Source: Octopus sinensis
Lineage: Eukaryota
NCBI RefSeq assembly: GCF_006345805.1
Contig: NC_043001.1
Coordinates: 110,236,001-110,300,000, forward strand
Direction: 5' to 3'
Length of the DNA: 64,000 nt
In this document: positions 1-13,894 of the stretch, piece after piece
How positions within the stretch are numbered: the stretch's first letter is position 1
Layout of the letters: each line of letters begins with the position of its first letter
Made by a program: the position numbers and the translations under genes
The notes under the pieces: generated by a model
The model's database searches: none
The model's input: the letters and a program-made list of their open reading frames with translations, nothing else
Told to the model about the DNA's origin: nothing

Positions 1-181
1 TTCGAAGAAGACATTGGTATTATTCCAGAGGGTATAAAATGATATAAAACAATGCGATATTCTCATAAGAAAAATAAAGAGAAACAAAACGCATCAATAA
101 GTTATTTGAACTGAATTTGATTATTGCGTTTATGATGAAGAGAATGTTGGCAAATTATTTTTTAAGTTTTCTATAAATACC

Positions 182-221
<40 letters not shown>

Positions 222-442
222 TATATATATATAGCATGGCCGCACTCTAATCATTGATACAAGTAAAACATACATGCATACATACATACAAAATTATGTA
301 AGACTTTCCTCAAGTTTTAAATATATAGCGTTGTTTTCGTTATCTAGATTCCAGAGATGGGGCTTTTGTATTATTGTTAGAAACCAGCTCTTCCCATGCA
401 CGTACGCGTCTGTCGTGTGTGTGTATGTGTGTGAGTGTGTGA

Positions 443-481
<39 letters not shown>

Positions 482-1887
482 GGTGTTTATATTTCAATGT
501 TCCCTGCTTCACAACTGGTGGTGCAGCCTTTACATTCCCCGTAACATTGGGGTTTGGTATAAGAGACCGATGCAAAAAGTACCACTCATACAAATATTAG
601 TACTGGGGCTGATATGTTCGGCTACACGCCTTAAATTAAAGAGAAGTTATATGCTTCTGTATGCATGTATGTGTGTGTGTTTGCCTGTGCGTGTATCTAT
701 CAGTGTATGTCTTTATCTTTAAGTTTGTATCCACCACTGCCTGACGACCAGTGTTGGTCTGATTAAGTCCATAAAATTTAGCAGTTCAGCAGAAGAGCGG
801 TTCTGTGAAAGATCAGTTCGGCAAAATTGGAAGAACGTAAGTACTAAGACTGATATTTTTTCGTATCTAAACCCGTCTATGTGGGGCTCCATTATGTTCG
901 CACTTCATTAGTTGAAACAAGTAAAAAATATTTCGTTTTTGGATTTGGTTTCCAAGATTCTTCATTTGAGTTCGTGTGTTGAAGCATATTCTGTTGTGCC
1001 TGGGGAGTCATTTTTTTGTGCCTTATAATGTAAATAAAAATAAGAAATAAGTGGAAGTTTTACCGGTGAGTGTGTTACATTATAAGGTACGAAAAGAAAA
1101 TAACTCTCCCCAACAGAAGTAAAAAATAAATAAAAACTCAATGTTACACTGTATGTATCACGTCATTCCAAGTTTTCTATATCAATGACGCGTCCGAGCG
1201 TTTTACGATCTAAAAATATGACGTTACAAGTAATAGGAGTAAAATTTCCAAGTGATAAAATCACGTAGTGTTAAAAAGGAAATGAAACGTTGTATAATTT
1301 GATATCATGTACACCATATCCGCATAAATGTGTGGGTGGCCATGGCTTGTTTAATCAGGCTTACATGGGGTTAATCAACAAAACAAGAGAAATTCCTTCA
1401 GCTGAGGATTGCACACGAAAATTCTACTTTCGTTCTGTAAATCGCTTCACTTCACTTTGTCGCACCTGCATGAGAAATCTATCAGAAATCTATGTAGAAT
1501 AATGCAACTCTTATGATCAATATTAATCGATAGAGAAAGCAAAGAAGAAAACCTCAATATTTACATAGATTTCAATGGGAAGTAACAATTAATATTCAAA
1601 ACTGATAACAAATAAAATATAATGGAATTATTGTTTAGAGGAAAATGAGCTGACACTGAAAACAAATCGCCAAGAATATTAAAAGTGTGCTAATATAGTT
1701 GATTATTGAAAACGATATAGATTTCTCTCTTTTTTTTTTTGTTTTTTTCTTTTGATAATCTACCACATTAATACACTGTGGAGAATCAACAAAAATCGAT
1801 GGCCAATAGAGAATAGATCGTAGCAAATAATAGAGGTGAACCTAAAGAATCTGAAGAAAACATTTATACATATATCTACTCATATCT

Positions 1888-1901
1888 ATGTATCAATCTA
1901 C

Positions 1902-1997
<96 letters not shown>

Positions 1998-2004
1998 TAT
2001 CTAT

Positions 2005-2065
<61 letters not shown>

Positions 2066-2128
2066 CGTATATCTATCTATATATCTATCTATCCATTTAT
2101 CTATCTATCTATCGGTCTATCTATACGT

Positions 2129-2218
<90 letters not shown>

Positions 2219-2220
2219 GT
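1888..2220. repeat. (TATC)n tetranucleotide microsatellite
   Basis: Long run of ctat/tatc units with few interruptions; source of the spurious 'IYLS' ORFs. Confidence 0.97.
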
Positions 2221-2332
2221 CTCTCTGTATATGTGTGCTTATGCGTGTACAAATATACATATTCTTTTCATGTTTCACTCGTTAGACGGCGACCATGTTG
2301 GGGCAGCGCATTGAACAATGTTATATTCGAAG

Positions 2333-2333
<1 letters not shown>

Positions 2334-2397
<64 letters not shown>

Positions 2398-2426
2398 ACA
2401 ACAACAACAACAACAATAACAATAAC

Positions 2427-2500
<74 letters not shown>

Positions 2501-2531
2501 GTGTTGTTGTTGTTGTTGTTGTTATTATTAT
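2334..2531. repeat. Compound trinucleotide microsatellite (AAT)n(ATT)n(AAC)n(AAT)n(ATT)n(GTT)n
   Basis: Read directly; the blocks are mutually reverse-complementary. Confidence 0.95.
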
Positions 2532-2539
2532 TTTTTCTT

Positions 2540-2872
2540 AAGCCTCATACTTATTCTACCTTTCTGTTTTGCTGAACCGCTAATATACGGGGACGTAAAC
2601 ACACCAATACCTGTTGTCAAGCGGTGGTGGAGAACTGACAGAGACATAAAGACAAATACACACACTCATACACACACGCACACACGCATATGTACATATA
2701 TATGTGTACGAAACGCTTCTTTCCGTTTCCGTCTACCAAACCTTCTCACAAGACTTTCGTCGGACCAAGGTTAAAGTAGATGACACTCCCGCAATGTGCC
2801 ACGTAGTGTACCTGGACCCGCGGCCCTGTGGTCGGCAGGCAAGCATCTTACCACACAGCCACACCTGTGCCT
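2540..2872 (-). mobile_element. tRNA-derived SINE, family A (diverged, 3'-truncated)
   Basis: Matches the other family A copies (ccacacagccacacctgtgcct head on the reverse strand; ggggacgtaaacacacc...ttgtcaagcg body). Confidence 0.8.
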
Positions 2873-3297
2873 ATATATATATATATATATATACGAAATT
2901 ATTTGAAATATTTAAAGGAATTAAATATTCTTCAACAAGTATATTAACGAGAGTAACTTCTAAGAAACAGTTAGTTAAACCTTCGTTGGACTGCAATACA
3001 TTGAATTCCATCATGGCTTTATATATTTTCTATTGAGTTAGAATCTTTGACTGGCGGGGTAATTAACATTTCGGGAGTGTTGCTACGTAGAGGTGTTTTG
3101 AAGAATTTTTATCGAATAAATGCTTTGCAATCATTTTAAATCTATTAATGTACATATACTTTTCTTAGTAGGTGTGAATATTTAGGTGCATTTTCTGAAG
3201 TAGGTAGGCAGAGGAATTATACTTAGCCTTAGTTATTTTTGTTCTGCTTCTTCATTAATTCATAATATTATGAACGAATTGGTAGCACACACACACA

Positions 3298-3340
<43 letters not shown>

Positions 3341-3341
3341 A

Positions 3342-3390
<49 letters not shown>

Positions 3391-3414
3391 ATATATATAT
3401 ATGTATATATATAG

Positions 3415-3620
3415 TTAATCCAAACATGAAAACAGAAAGAGAAAACACAACAACGCGAGAACGTGGAACAAATATAGTATTATTGGACGCTCAGAAAATA
3501 AGGGAAGAAGGAGGGTTTAACGTTTCGAGTGGAGCTCTTCGTCAGAAACATAGGAAAAGGAAAGATCCAGAGAAGGGAAGACGGAGGAAATAAATCGCGA
3601 ACGATACACAGGCGGTCACA
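3415..3620 (-). mobile_element. Short non-autonomous element carrying a hammerhead motif (probable solo Penelope pseudo-LTR)
   Basis: About 200 bp non-microsatellite island between (TA)n tracts that contains the hammerhead at 3515-3549. PLE pLTRs are the established carriers of minimal hammerheads in animals. Confidence 0.6.
3515..3549 (-). ncRNA. Minimal type I hammerhead ribozyme motif
   Basis: Minus strand: GTTT CTGACGA A GAG ctcca CTC GAA ACGT T AAAC. Core boxes intact, 4-bp stem I (GTTT/AAAC), 3-bp stem II, palindromic ACGT stem III, GUU cleavage triplet. Confidence 0.75.
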
Positions 3621-3622
3621 TT

Positions 3623-3703
<81 letters not shown>

Positions 3704-4040
3704 TGCATATAGGCATGATACATACATTATGTCTGTATATACGTGTACATATACATAATAATAGAATTAATAGAAACAATAATTCTATCGAACATTGAGA
3801 CCGAACCACTTATTTCTGGAGAAAGTGATCAGGCAATACCACCGACCTCAACATTATTTGACTGGCACTTTATTTTTTCAACGCCGGAGAGCTGTGGCTA
3901 CACTATAATAGATACCTGCGTGTCTTTATGTATGTTTCGTATGTATGTGTGTATGCATGTGTGTGAATGCACGCATGTATATGTGTATGTATGTGTGCAT
4001 GTGTGTGTATGTATGTGTGTATATATGTGTGTATGTATGT

Positions 4041-4082
<42 letters not shown>

Positions 4083-4496
4083 GTTTGCTTGTATGTATGC
4101 GTGCATGTATGTACGTATCTATGTATGCATGTATGTATATAAGTATGTAAGTATTTAAGTATATATGTATATATATATATATTTATATGTATATGTATAT
4201 AAATATATATGTATATAAATATATATCTTTATAAGTATATCTGACTCTCTGTATGTATGATGTATGTTTGTAATGTATGTATATATGTAAGTATGTATGT
4301 ATGCAAGTATGTATGTATGGTGATAAATTGACAGAGAAAAGTAAGAGTCAAACTCAACAATGAACGACAAAATTTTCAGTCACCAGGTACGACGTAGAGC
4401 GATGTTAGACATAAAATGAAGTTAATACGTAATTCTCTGCATCCAAAGTCTAAAGACATTCACGAACAGAACCCATCTCCTCCAGGATTAAACGAG

Positions 4497-4536
<40 letters not shown>

Positions 4537-5553
4537 GTTGTGTGTGTGTGTGTGTTATATATATATATATATATATATTAATATATAATATATATATATG
4601 TGTGTGTGTGTGTATTATATATATATATATATATATATAACCGGAGGGATTTAAATTAATCCTTGGACCTGCAATTACCCATATTATTGATTCTGCCATT
4701 ATCATTTTAAAATTGTTACACTAGATAATAATAGGGTCAATGATATCTTCGCAAATATGTTCTCGTTAATTGTTTTTCTCTTCAATTATTTGCTCTGTAT
4801 TGAAATATATATACATTGATGTGTCCTTAAACTTGTAAATTTAAAATTAAAATCCATTGTAATTCCACGTAATATATTTAAACATCGACCAAAAAACCAT
4901 AATTGGTAGTTCTTACAACTCATGTTCAATCATAATAATCGTCACCGTTACGGGCATGCCATTCTTCAACAGAATAAAATTGCTATATAAAAGTATTCCT
5001 GAATGTAAAGTACTTTTGAAGGGATGTGTATAATTAACGCAGTAAAAGTTTTGCTTCAACTGACAACTGTTGGAAATACACCTTTACAAAATATTAAATA
5101 TTTAGCATCTATTATATTTACACTTATATTATACATAGCATATTTAGTGCTTGTGATAATACGAATTATATAGAACTGAATGATTATGTCCCCACCACGA
5201 AGTAATGCAAAGTTTGAACCTTTGAGTATAGAAAGACGTGGTGAGAAGATAAGTCTAAAGTAAGAGAACACAGCAGTTTAAAGTTTGCGATGAGATAAAG
5301 TTGAAATCACCAGAAAGAGGCATTTTATAACTGCATGATTTGAAATCGTACTATAAGGAGATGTACCTATCAATATAACGAAACGAACATAAACTGGCTT
5401 TAGGTTACTGAAAATCAATAACAATCAGTTAAATCTATATTTTATTACATAAATTCCTTGACTTGTGTCTTCCGTCGAAGCCGTAGTGAAAGTAACACTG
5501 CAGAAAGGTAGCACATGTGACATGTGCTTATATATAACACACTCATATATATA

Positions 5554-5790
5554 TAGGGTTTTCTCAAAAGGTCTCTCGGCAGTAAGTATTTAGTGGTTTT
5601 GGGGCGATTCTTGTACATTGATCCTTTACTTGCTCCTCAGAAACAAGGAGTCTGGAGGTGTTAAATCAGGTGATCTTGGCAGCCAAAATCCCTTCGAAAT
5701 AATCCGTTCACCGAAAAACTCTTGAAGTAGCGGTATAGTGGCGCGCAGGATGAAAGAATAAACTGCGGTGAGACTTTTGAACAGCCTGTG
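5554..5790 (-). mobile_element. Internally deleted Tc1/mariner element
   Basis: Minus strand encodes TIPLLQEFFGERIISKGFWLPRSPDLTPPD (WPxxSPDLxPxD motif). Degenerate TIRs: tagggttttctcaaaaggtctctcggcagt (5554-5583) vs caggctgttcaaaagtctcaccgcagt (reverse complement of ~5761-5788), in TA-rich flanks. Confidence 0.85.
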
Positions 5791-5800
5791 TGTGTATGTG

Positions 5801-5855
<55 letters not shown>

Positions 5856-6788
5856 ATGTATATATATATGGCGTGAAATTAAGGTTATGAGAGGTAATGG
5901 TGTCAAGAAGACCCAAAGGTGTCAGGTAATAGTGAGTAAGTGGTATGTACAGACTATATATATATACAATCACACGCATGTATACTCATATAGATATATA
6001 CATATACATACACACATATGAATAAATGTACAAATATATATAGTTATATAGCCACTTAAAACGTGTATGCATGAATGTATGTATGAATGTGTGTGTGAAC
6101 ATTCTGTCCTGTTTGAATAAAAAAAGAAAATGAAAAGAAGCAAAATGTTTTAAATAGAAATAGATAGAGTAAATACGATACGAGGAACTGTTGCTGATAT
6201 TTGCAAGTAAAATCTTAACGGTCGGGTCCTAGGCTGGTGGTTGTCCACTGACAAAAGTTACAAAACAATACGAGAACAAATTGTCCAATGTACTAACGTA
6301 ATCGAGATATATGTGATATGGACATATCTTCATATATATATACATACAAGCATACATACATACACACATACACTTACATATACACACATACACACAAACA
6401 TATATATATATATATATGTATATATACATTGATACATACATACTTATATACATTCATGCATGTAAATCGATGGCGACATATGGATTCCTAGACGTCGAGA
6501 GATGAAATAATTCAATTTTGGCACGTTGGAACTCGAAGCAGATAAGTTATAAATGACATCATGTAAAACATTGAGTTAAAAATTCATTTGGATAGAAAAC
6601 TTTGAAGGGTGTCTGTGTTTACAGGAGATTGTAACTGATGTCCAACGGACAACTTCGCGCTTTTCCTATTAAAAGGGGGTTTCTGACCCAGTATGTACAC
6701 ACTAAAACTTTTGAATTTATCTGCTTCAACATACAAAGTTCTGAAAAATTATGTTATACATACACACATGCATACATACATACATACA

Positions 6789-6863
<75 letters not shown>

Positions 6864-8107
6864 ATATATATATATATATAGTATGTATTTATGCATTTAT
6901 ATACACACGTGTGTGTGTGCGTGTGTATGCGTAAATAACTATGATACGAATGTGAGACTATGTATAATTCATCGTCTGTCTAGTTCAGCAGTATCGCATG
7001 CAGTCATAAATATAATGAGACGACTAATTTTGTATAATTATCTCATTTATAATTTTCTTGTTGTCTGCTTGATGGTCGTTGTTATTTATATTTATTTAAT
7101 ATTCTTTCTTGTTTTGATTATTTGTTTTATTATTTTTCCATGTATTGTTTTTGTATTTTAAAATCTTTACGTATAAATAATCATATTAAAAGTATTTAGA
7201 TATTTCTTTGTTTATTCAACGGCACAATGGCGTGGAAATGCTGTTTTGTAATACTAATTTACATACCTTGTTTTCACTTCTGTACTCTGCCAGTAATGTG
7301 TAGACCAAGAAGGAAAGTGATTGAGACGGAATGTGTGTGTTTCTGTGTGAGTGTGTGTGTGTGTGTGTGTGAGACAGAGAGAGAGAGAAATAAAGAAGGG
7401 GAGAAAGAGAGAGAGAGAAAGCGGGGGAAGATGAAAGAAAGAGAGGCAAAATATGCAAACGATCAGACAAGAGCTAATGGGAGGGTAGGAAAGTGAAAGT
7501 AGGAGTAACGAAACAGTCAGTGTAACAAATTAAATCTTATATGAATGAATGATTCACTTCAAACTCCCACCACTTTCGTGTATGCAAATATATTTACATA
7601 ATAATTTAGCTCGGATACTATCTCTGTACGCCATAGGTTCACATATATACAAGCGAATATATGCTGATCTAATTGTTAATGTAGTTATCTTATATGAATC
7701 TTTAACCATTGCTTTGCCCAATTGAACACTCGTCTCACGTAAACGATCGTTGTTTCCAAACACAGAATCGACCCATGTCGTCTTTTTTTCCATATTATGA
7801 CAAAGCTTTTTCAATAATTTATATTCTGCAGCGCATAAAATTACTTCATTCATTCATAAATTCATTCACATGTATTGACATCTTGGTCGTAAGCGTTCTC
7901 ACATACACAGACGCACGCACCACATATATACCATTTGAAGCACGAATACAATATATATATATATATATATATAATATATATATTATATTATATATATATA
8001 TATAATATATATTTATGTATATATATTTATGTATATAATATATTTATGTATGTATATATTTTTATGAATATATATATATATATATTTATGTATATATATA
8101 TATTATG

Positions 8108-8225
<118 letters not shown>

Positions 8226-8849
8226 TACATATACATATATATATATATATATTCATACATACAAATCTATCAGTCTAGAGAAAGAGTGAAGACAGATTAC
8301 GGTAGACAGAATCACACAGATGAACACATATTCGCACACTCACACAACGACAAGCATCGGTAAATTCCCCCCACACTCTGGAGTTCATTGAGACATACAC
8401 AACGCCCACGCACAAAATATTCCACCTAAAACTGAACTTCACTCTGATCACGCTCGCTATTATTATTCTTGTGTTGTTCTCGATCGACCACTTTTGTCTG
8501 ACCCGTCCTCTCCCTCCTCTTTTCTTTATTTCCACACGCACACACACTCACTCACTCACACACATACACACACACGTACGCACTTTGTCATTCAACTGCA
8601 GCTAAATTGTAGGAACACCTTCACGTGATTAGTCAAACATATCCACCTTAGTACTTACAAGTTTTATAAAAACCCGTCCGTATTGTATAGATCGTAAAGA
8701 AACCTATACAATACCAGTTGACACGTAATAGAGTACAAGAGTGTATACATGTGTATGTGTGTGGTTGTGTGTGTGAAAGAGCAATGGACTATATTCTACT
8801 ACGTCCTTAACAGAATATAACCTGTATATATATACATATATATATATAC

Positions 8850-9172
8850 GAAGGTGCGTAGCTTAGTGGTTAGGGCAATCGGTTCACGATTGTAAGGTCG
8901 TGAGTTCAATTCCCGGCGACGCGTTGTGTCCTTCAGCAAGACTCTTTATTTCACGTTGCTCCAGTCCATTCAGCTGGCAAATATGAGTAGTACCTGTATT
9001 TCAAAGGGTCAGCCTTGTCATACTCTGTGTCACGCTGATTCTCCCTGAGAACTACATTAAGCGTACACGTTTCTGTGGAGTGCTCAGCCACTTGCATATT
9101 AATTCAACAAGCAAGCTGATCCGTTGATCGTATCAGCTGGGGCCCTCGATATCATAACCGACGGAGTGCTAC
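8850..9172 (+). mobile_element. tRNA-derived SINE, family B variant with CORE-like domain
   Basis: A-box (tagcttagtgg) and B-box (gagttcaattcc), then ccttcagcaagactctttatttcacgttgctccagtccattcagctggcaaa; tail shared with 60293-61002. Confidence 0.85.
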
Positions 9173-9200
9173 AATATATACGTATATATATATATATATA

Positions 9201-9340
9201 GGTAAAAAAAGGTAAGATAACAAAAGCCGATCTGTTTTTCAGATGGCCAGATTACCGAAGAGATGATGGTGTGGATTTCCACCTCGGCATCCGTAACTCA
9301 GAATTTTATCTCGGCTACTGAATAATTGTCACATATTAAT
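9201..9340 (+). mobile_element. Decayed copy of the hammerhead-bearing element seen at 29499-29747
   Basis: Same ggtaaaaaaag(g)taagataacaaaag start and gatggcc...gaagagatg..ggtgtggatttccacctcggcatccg..actcaga..tttatc body; ribozyme core mutated (CCGAAGA, CGTAA). Confidence 0.75.
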
Positions 9341-9667
9341 TTACACACACACACACATATATACATAGTTAGGTTATATTCTTTTAAGGACGTGGTGGAG
9401 TATAGTCTAAAGCTCTTCCACCTTCAGATTTCACGCGGTTCTATCCAGCAACAGTATTATATATACTGCTAGATCTACGTTAGGGCTTCTGTAGTGTGTC
9501 AATGGATAATTCAAAGTCGTTTATCAACAAACATTCACCCACAACACAGGGAAACCGTTACAAACCAAATACATGCAAATCTGGAGAACTATGTTGTGCG
9601 GAAACAAATGTAGTGATTACAAGTAAATGTCCAACTCCACTACACCTTGTTGACTCTATCCTCATTC

Positions 9668-9735
<68 letters not shown>

Positions 9736-9750
9736 GTATATTTGTATATG

Positions 9751-9801
<51 letters not shown>

Positions 9802-9829
9802 TATTATATATATATATATATAATATATA

Positions 9830-9935
9830 TACAAAGAAAAATGGGACAAGAACGCAAAACATCCAGACAAACATTAGAAGGAAAACAAGGACGGATTATT
9901 CGGAGTTTTCTATCCTCAGTCGTGTTCCAGATTAT
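9830..9935. repeat. Interspersed repeat in (TA)n; second copy at 49160-49310
   Basis: aaaatgggacaagaac...aacatccagaca...aaaacaaggac.g.t.attcgga....t.t.tcctcagtcg.gttccagattatc occurs twice in the window. Confidence 0.75.
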
Positions 9936-9951
9936 CATATATATATATTAT

Positions 9952-9983
<32 letters not shown>

Positions 9984-10843
9984 GTATAAAGCTGAGAATG
10001 TGTCTGTCTGTATATATATACATATATATATAAATATACCACACACACACGCACACACACAGACACAGACACACATATTTCGGTATATCTTATTTAATTT
10101 GGGTATACTATAGTATTCGCCTTGAGAATGCTTTTCGTATAGACGTATATTGTGCATATAGAAGTGTGTCAACAGCAGAGGAAGGGTGTCTATCTATTGC
10201 GCCGGTATAACTTCTAATCCCAGCATTTCTGCTTATTTCTGCGTCATCCATCGGTAGCAAGTATCTACTATCAACTGCATTCTTAGAGAAATTTATCCTC
10301 TACTGACACAGAAAAATATTGATTTACAAATCACTGGTAGCCATTAGCGTGGCAAATAACTTCTGGGTTGGGCCGGGTAAAAGTCATTTATTAACGTCGG
10401 AAGCGGTATTGCTTCAGATTAACACTGTATAAATTACTGAATGTGTGTATATATATACATAGTAGAAAGCACCAAACCTTCAGTATTCATGTTACATTCA
10501 AAGGCTTAAAATCCACATGAAGCTTACTGTTGCTAAGTTTATTTTTCGTTTTAAATCAAATTTGATTAGTGAGTACCAGAATACAAGTACTAATTTATGA
10601 GATTAATTCCTAATTTCCTGATAATATTAACCACTTATATTTGAATTTTGCCCTGTATTGCGTCTAAGATGTTTGTGTTTTCCACCTAAGAGCAAAATCT
10701 CAACTAATTAGTAGTTTTATGGTGTGCAATAATCATATCTGCATTTATTATAATTACCTAAATTTATACCATTAGCCATTTCAGTTGCAGCTCTTAGCTA
10801 ATTACATATTTAATTATGCAAATTATATATGCCAAAACTTTTA

Positions 10844-11249
10844 TACTCTTTTACTCTTTTGCTTGTGGCATTTGACTGTGGCCATGCTGGAGCACTGCTT
10901 TTAGTCGAGCAAATCGACCCCAGTACATATTCTTTGTATGCCTAGTACTTATTTTATCGGTCTCTTTTGCCGAACCGCTAAGTTACGGGGACGTCAATAC
11001 ATCAGCATCGGTTGTTGGGGGAGACAAACACAGACACACATACACACACACCCACATGTGTATATATATATATGTACATATATACGACGGGCTTCTTTCA
11101 ATTTCCGTCTACCAAAGCCACTCACAAGGCTTTGGTCAGCACGAGGCTATAGTAGAAGACACTTGCCCAAGGTACCACGCAGTGGGACTGAACGCGGGAA
11201 CTATGTGGTTAGTAAGCAAGCTACTTACCACAGAGCCACTCCTGCGCCT
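10844..11249 (-). mobile_element. tRNA-derived SINE, family A (near full length)
   Basis: Reverse strand begins aggcgcaggagtggctctgtggtaagtagc (A-box), B-box-like gttcagtcc, central (TA/CA) microsatellite, aaaagagt-repeat tail. Confidence 0.92.
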
Positions 11250-11307
11250 GCATACAGCCAGAAGCAAAAAATATTTGTCGACTGAACGGCAGGCCTGGTT
11301 AGACTAT

Positions 11308-11349
11308 ACTACACTGACGAGGTCTTATAAACTGAAACATGCCCATAGT
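11308..11349 (+). ncRNA. Degenerate minimal hammerhead ribozyme motif
   Basis: ACTACA CTGACGA GGT cttataa ACT GAA ACATGC C CATAGT. Core boxes intact and ACATG(T) palindromic stem III recognisable, but U16.1 is C and two stem I pairs are lost. Confidence 0.55.
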
Positions 11350-12554
11350 TGTCTCTTGTCTAGAAAGATCAAGCATTCAATTATGCATGCAAATTCAGGT
11401 CAGGAAATCATCCCCTAATGTCTTGTTATTCTTTGCCTTTTCCAAAAGGGATATAATCAATTACTGTTTGGTAATATCTTTGTAATTATAATGGAAATTC
11501 CTTTAGATTAACTCTGAAATTTTCCTAACTAATCTGCCGGTTTGCCGCCTTAATATTTATAATAATAGTTATAATGAAACGAAACAACAATGAGTGGAAT
11601 TGTTGGCGTATCTCATGCAGAAATGTTTCAAAATACAAATGATAACTAATTTAAAATTTGCGAATGGACTCGGTAAGAAATGCAGAATTAATTAGATATA
11701 TCAAAGTTTTTGCAACAACATCTCTCAGTGAATATAACAGGAGAAAAATGCTGAAAATGAAATATAGCGCACATTGCAGATATGTATGTATTACTTTTAA
11801 TCCAGGACATCTTATAGTGTTTGAATGTATAAATAAGACGTAATTAGTTTGCTGGGGGAAATAAGGTTTGCTTGTATGAGTACCACATGCATTTATGAGC
11901 AATATAGAAATAAGCAACACAAAACGAACATTACTAAAAAGAAAGAACCGAACGAACTCTATATTTGTGTACGTTGATGCAGCAAATTTATGTCTTATTA
12001 TAAGGATGTAAGCTTCTACAGTGTGAGATGCAGGGAAAAAAATAATGGATTTAGTATCAATACATAAATGGGTATGATAAGCAATTCATTCATCTAAAAA
12101 TATATTTACCACTGAATGTGTTATATGAAGATTGTATGCGAATAAAATAGAGCATCATGAGGGAATCGCAAACACATCAAGTATATCGTATAGATTGCTT
12201 TACACATACACACACACAGAGACAAATACATACACATATAAACACTCACACACGCACACACTCTCATATATATACATATATACATATATGTCGGTGCCTA
12301 TGACTTTAAGAACAGCGAAAGACGGACAGAAAGAGAGAGAGAGAGAGCAGGATGGAGATGATGCAGAAGAAGGCTTTTTACAGAAGGTAAGAAACTTGAA
12401 TGAAAGGCCTGAAATTAATGGATTATCTATAAATTTCATCTCCTCTCTCTTCCTCTCACTGTTTCTTCTCTGCCTCTCTCTCTCTCTCTCTCTCTCTCTC
12501 CGTTTGCTTCTCCCTGTCTCTGTCTCTCTCCCTGACACGAGAGAAGTTTATGGA

Positions 12555-12597
<43 letters not shown>

Positions 12598-12688
12598 ACG
12601 TATATGCATACTTACATATATGTATATGCCATACATATATATATGTATATATATACACATATACATATCTATATAAATATAAATGTGT

Positions 12689-12723
<35 letters not shown>

Positions 12724-13894
12724 CCCACACTCATACATATATCTCGATGAATAGATTGAGCAGCAGATACATATGCACTTATATACATACATGCATACAT
12801 ACATACGTACGTACGAATATATATAATCATACAATCACATACACTTAGGTGTACGTAATTAAACCGATAGATATATAAAAATTACATAGTTTATATACAT
12901 TGACAGATACATGGTTTAAATGATTAAGTGAGTGATAGATAGATTATATGAATCAAAAATAGTTATATAACCGAACAGGTATGAAACGAGGTAGATAAAT
13001 AGACGAAGATAGATTGGGAGAGAGAGTGAAAGAAAGAGAGAGAAGGCAGAGCGAGATGGAAGAGACAGAGGTGGAAGAGGAATAAGAAAAGATAGGTTGT
13101 TTGAAACAGTCGGTTGGCTAAATTCGGTGGGCGGAATGTCAGTTCGTTGCACGGTAATATATCCAGAGAATTGAATTACTTATATCTATAAAGCATGACA
13201 TTATTACATTAGGTAAAGAAATATTAAAATGAAATATGAGATTGAGAAGGAATGCCTACCCCACTGAAATATGCATTCACATGCTATAAATATGTTTTGC
13301 ATGTACACCACACACGTGACCGTTTACATGTATAAATATGTGTGTGTATGCGTGTGGGTGTTTACATGCACATTTATATGTACATGCGTGCAACTAAAAT
13401 GTATTAATGTACATGTACACGCATATATATGCATGTTTGTGTGTATATTGAAAATGCATGTGCTTACGCATGCATTGAGAACAGCGAGGTTTTAAAACAT
13501 TTATGTGAACACTGAGTATATTCCAGGTAATTTCATGTTATTGAATACATTCTTTTCCAGATTTTTTGGGAGAGTAAAGTATCATAATCTATCACCATCG
13601 TTCCTTTACATATGTTGCAACAGCATTAAAGTAAGCAGGCTCAATGAAATCGGTTTATTAGTACCGTCAAATTTTTCATTTTGATCTTGTTATTTATCAA
13701 CAGTCCGCATCATTTCCTTTAGTTGTGAATGCTATCAGTGTTTTTTTAACATTTGCTTATGTTATAGGCATTTCCAACATAACTAATCTTTTTAATATTC
13801 TAATACTTCATCGCATAGTTATCATAACCACCAGTATCGGAGGTCTCACAGAGTCTCTTTCCGCAAATTATGAGATTTGGCATTTGAATGTTTA

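Noticed and set aside
1350-1470. Minus-strand segment with catgcag| acceptor and |gtaagc donor
   Set aside because: Stop codons in all three frames; no other support.
12290-12390. Plus-strand 'MSVPMTLRTAKDGQK...EEGFLQK|gtaaga' exon-like stretch
   Set aside because: It includes a (GA)n microsatellite, has no acceptor and shows no recognisable homology.
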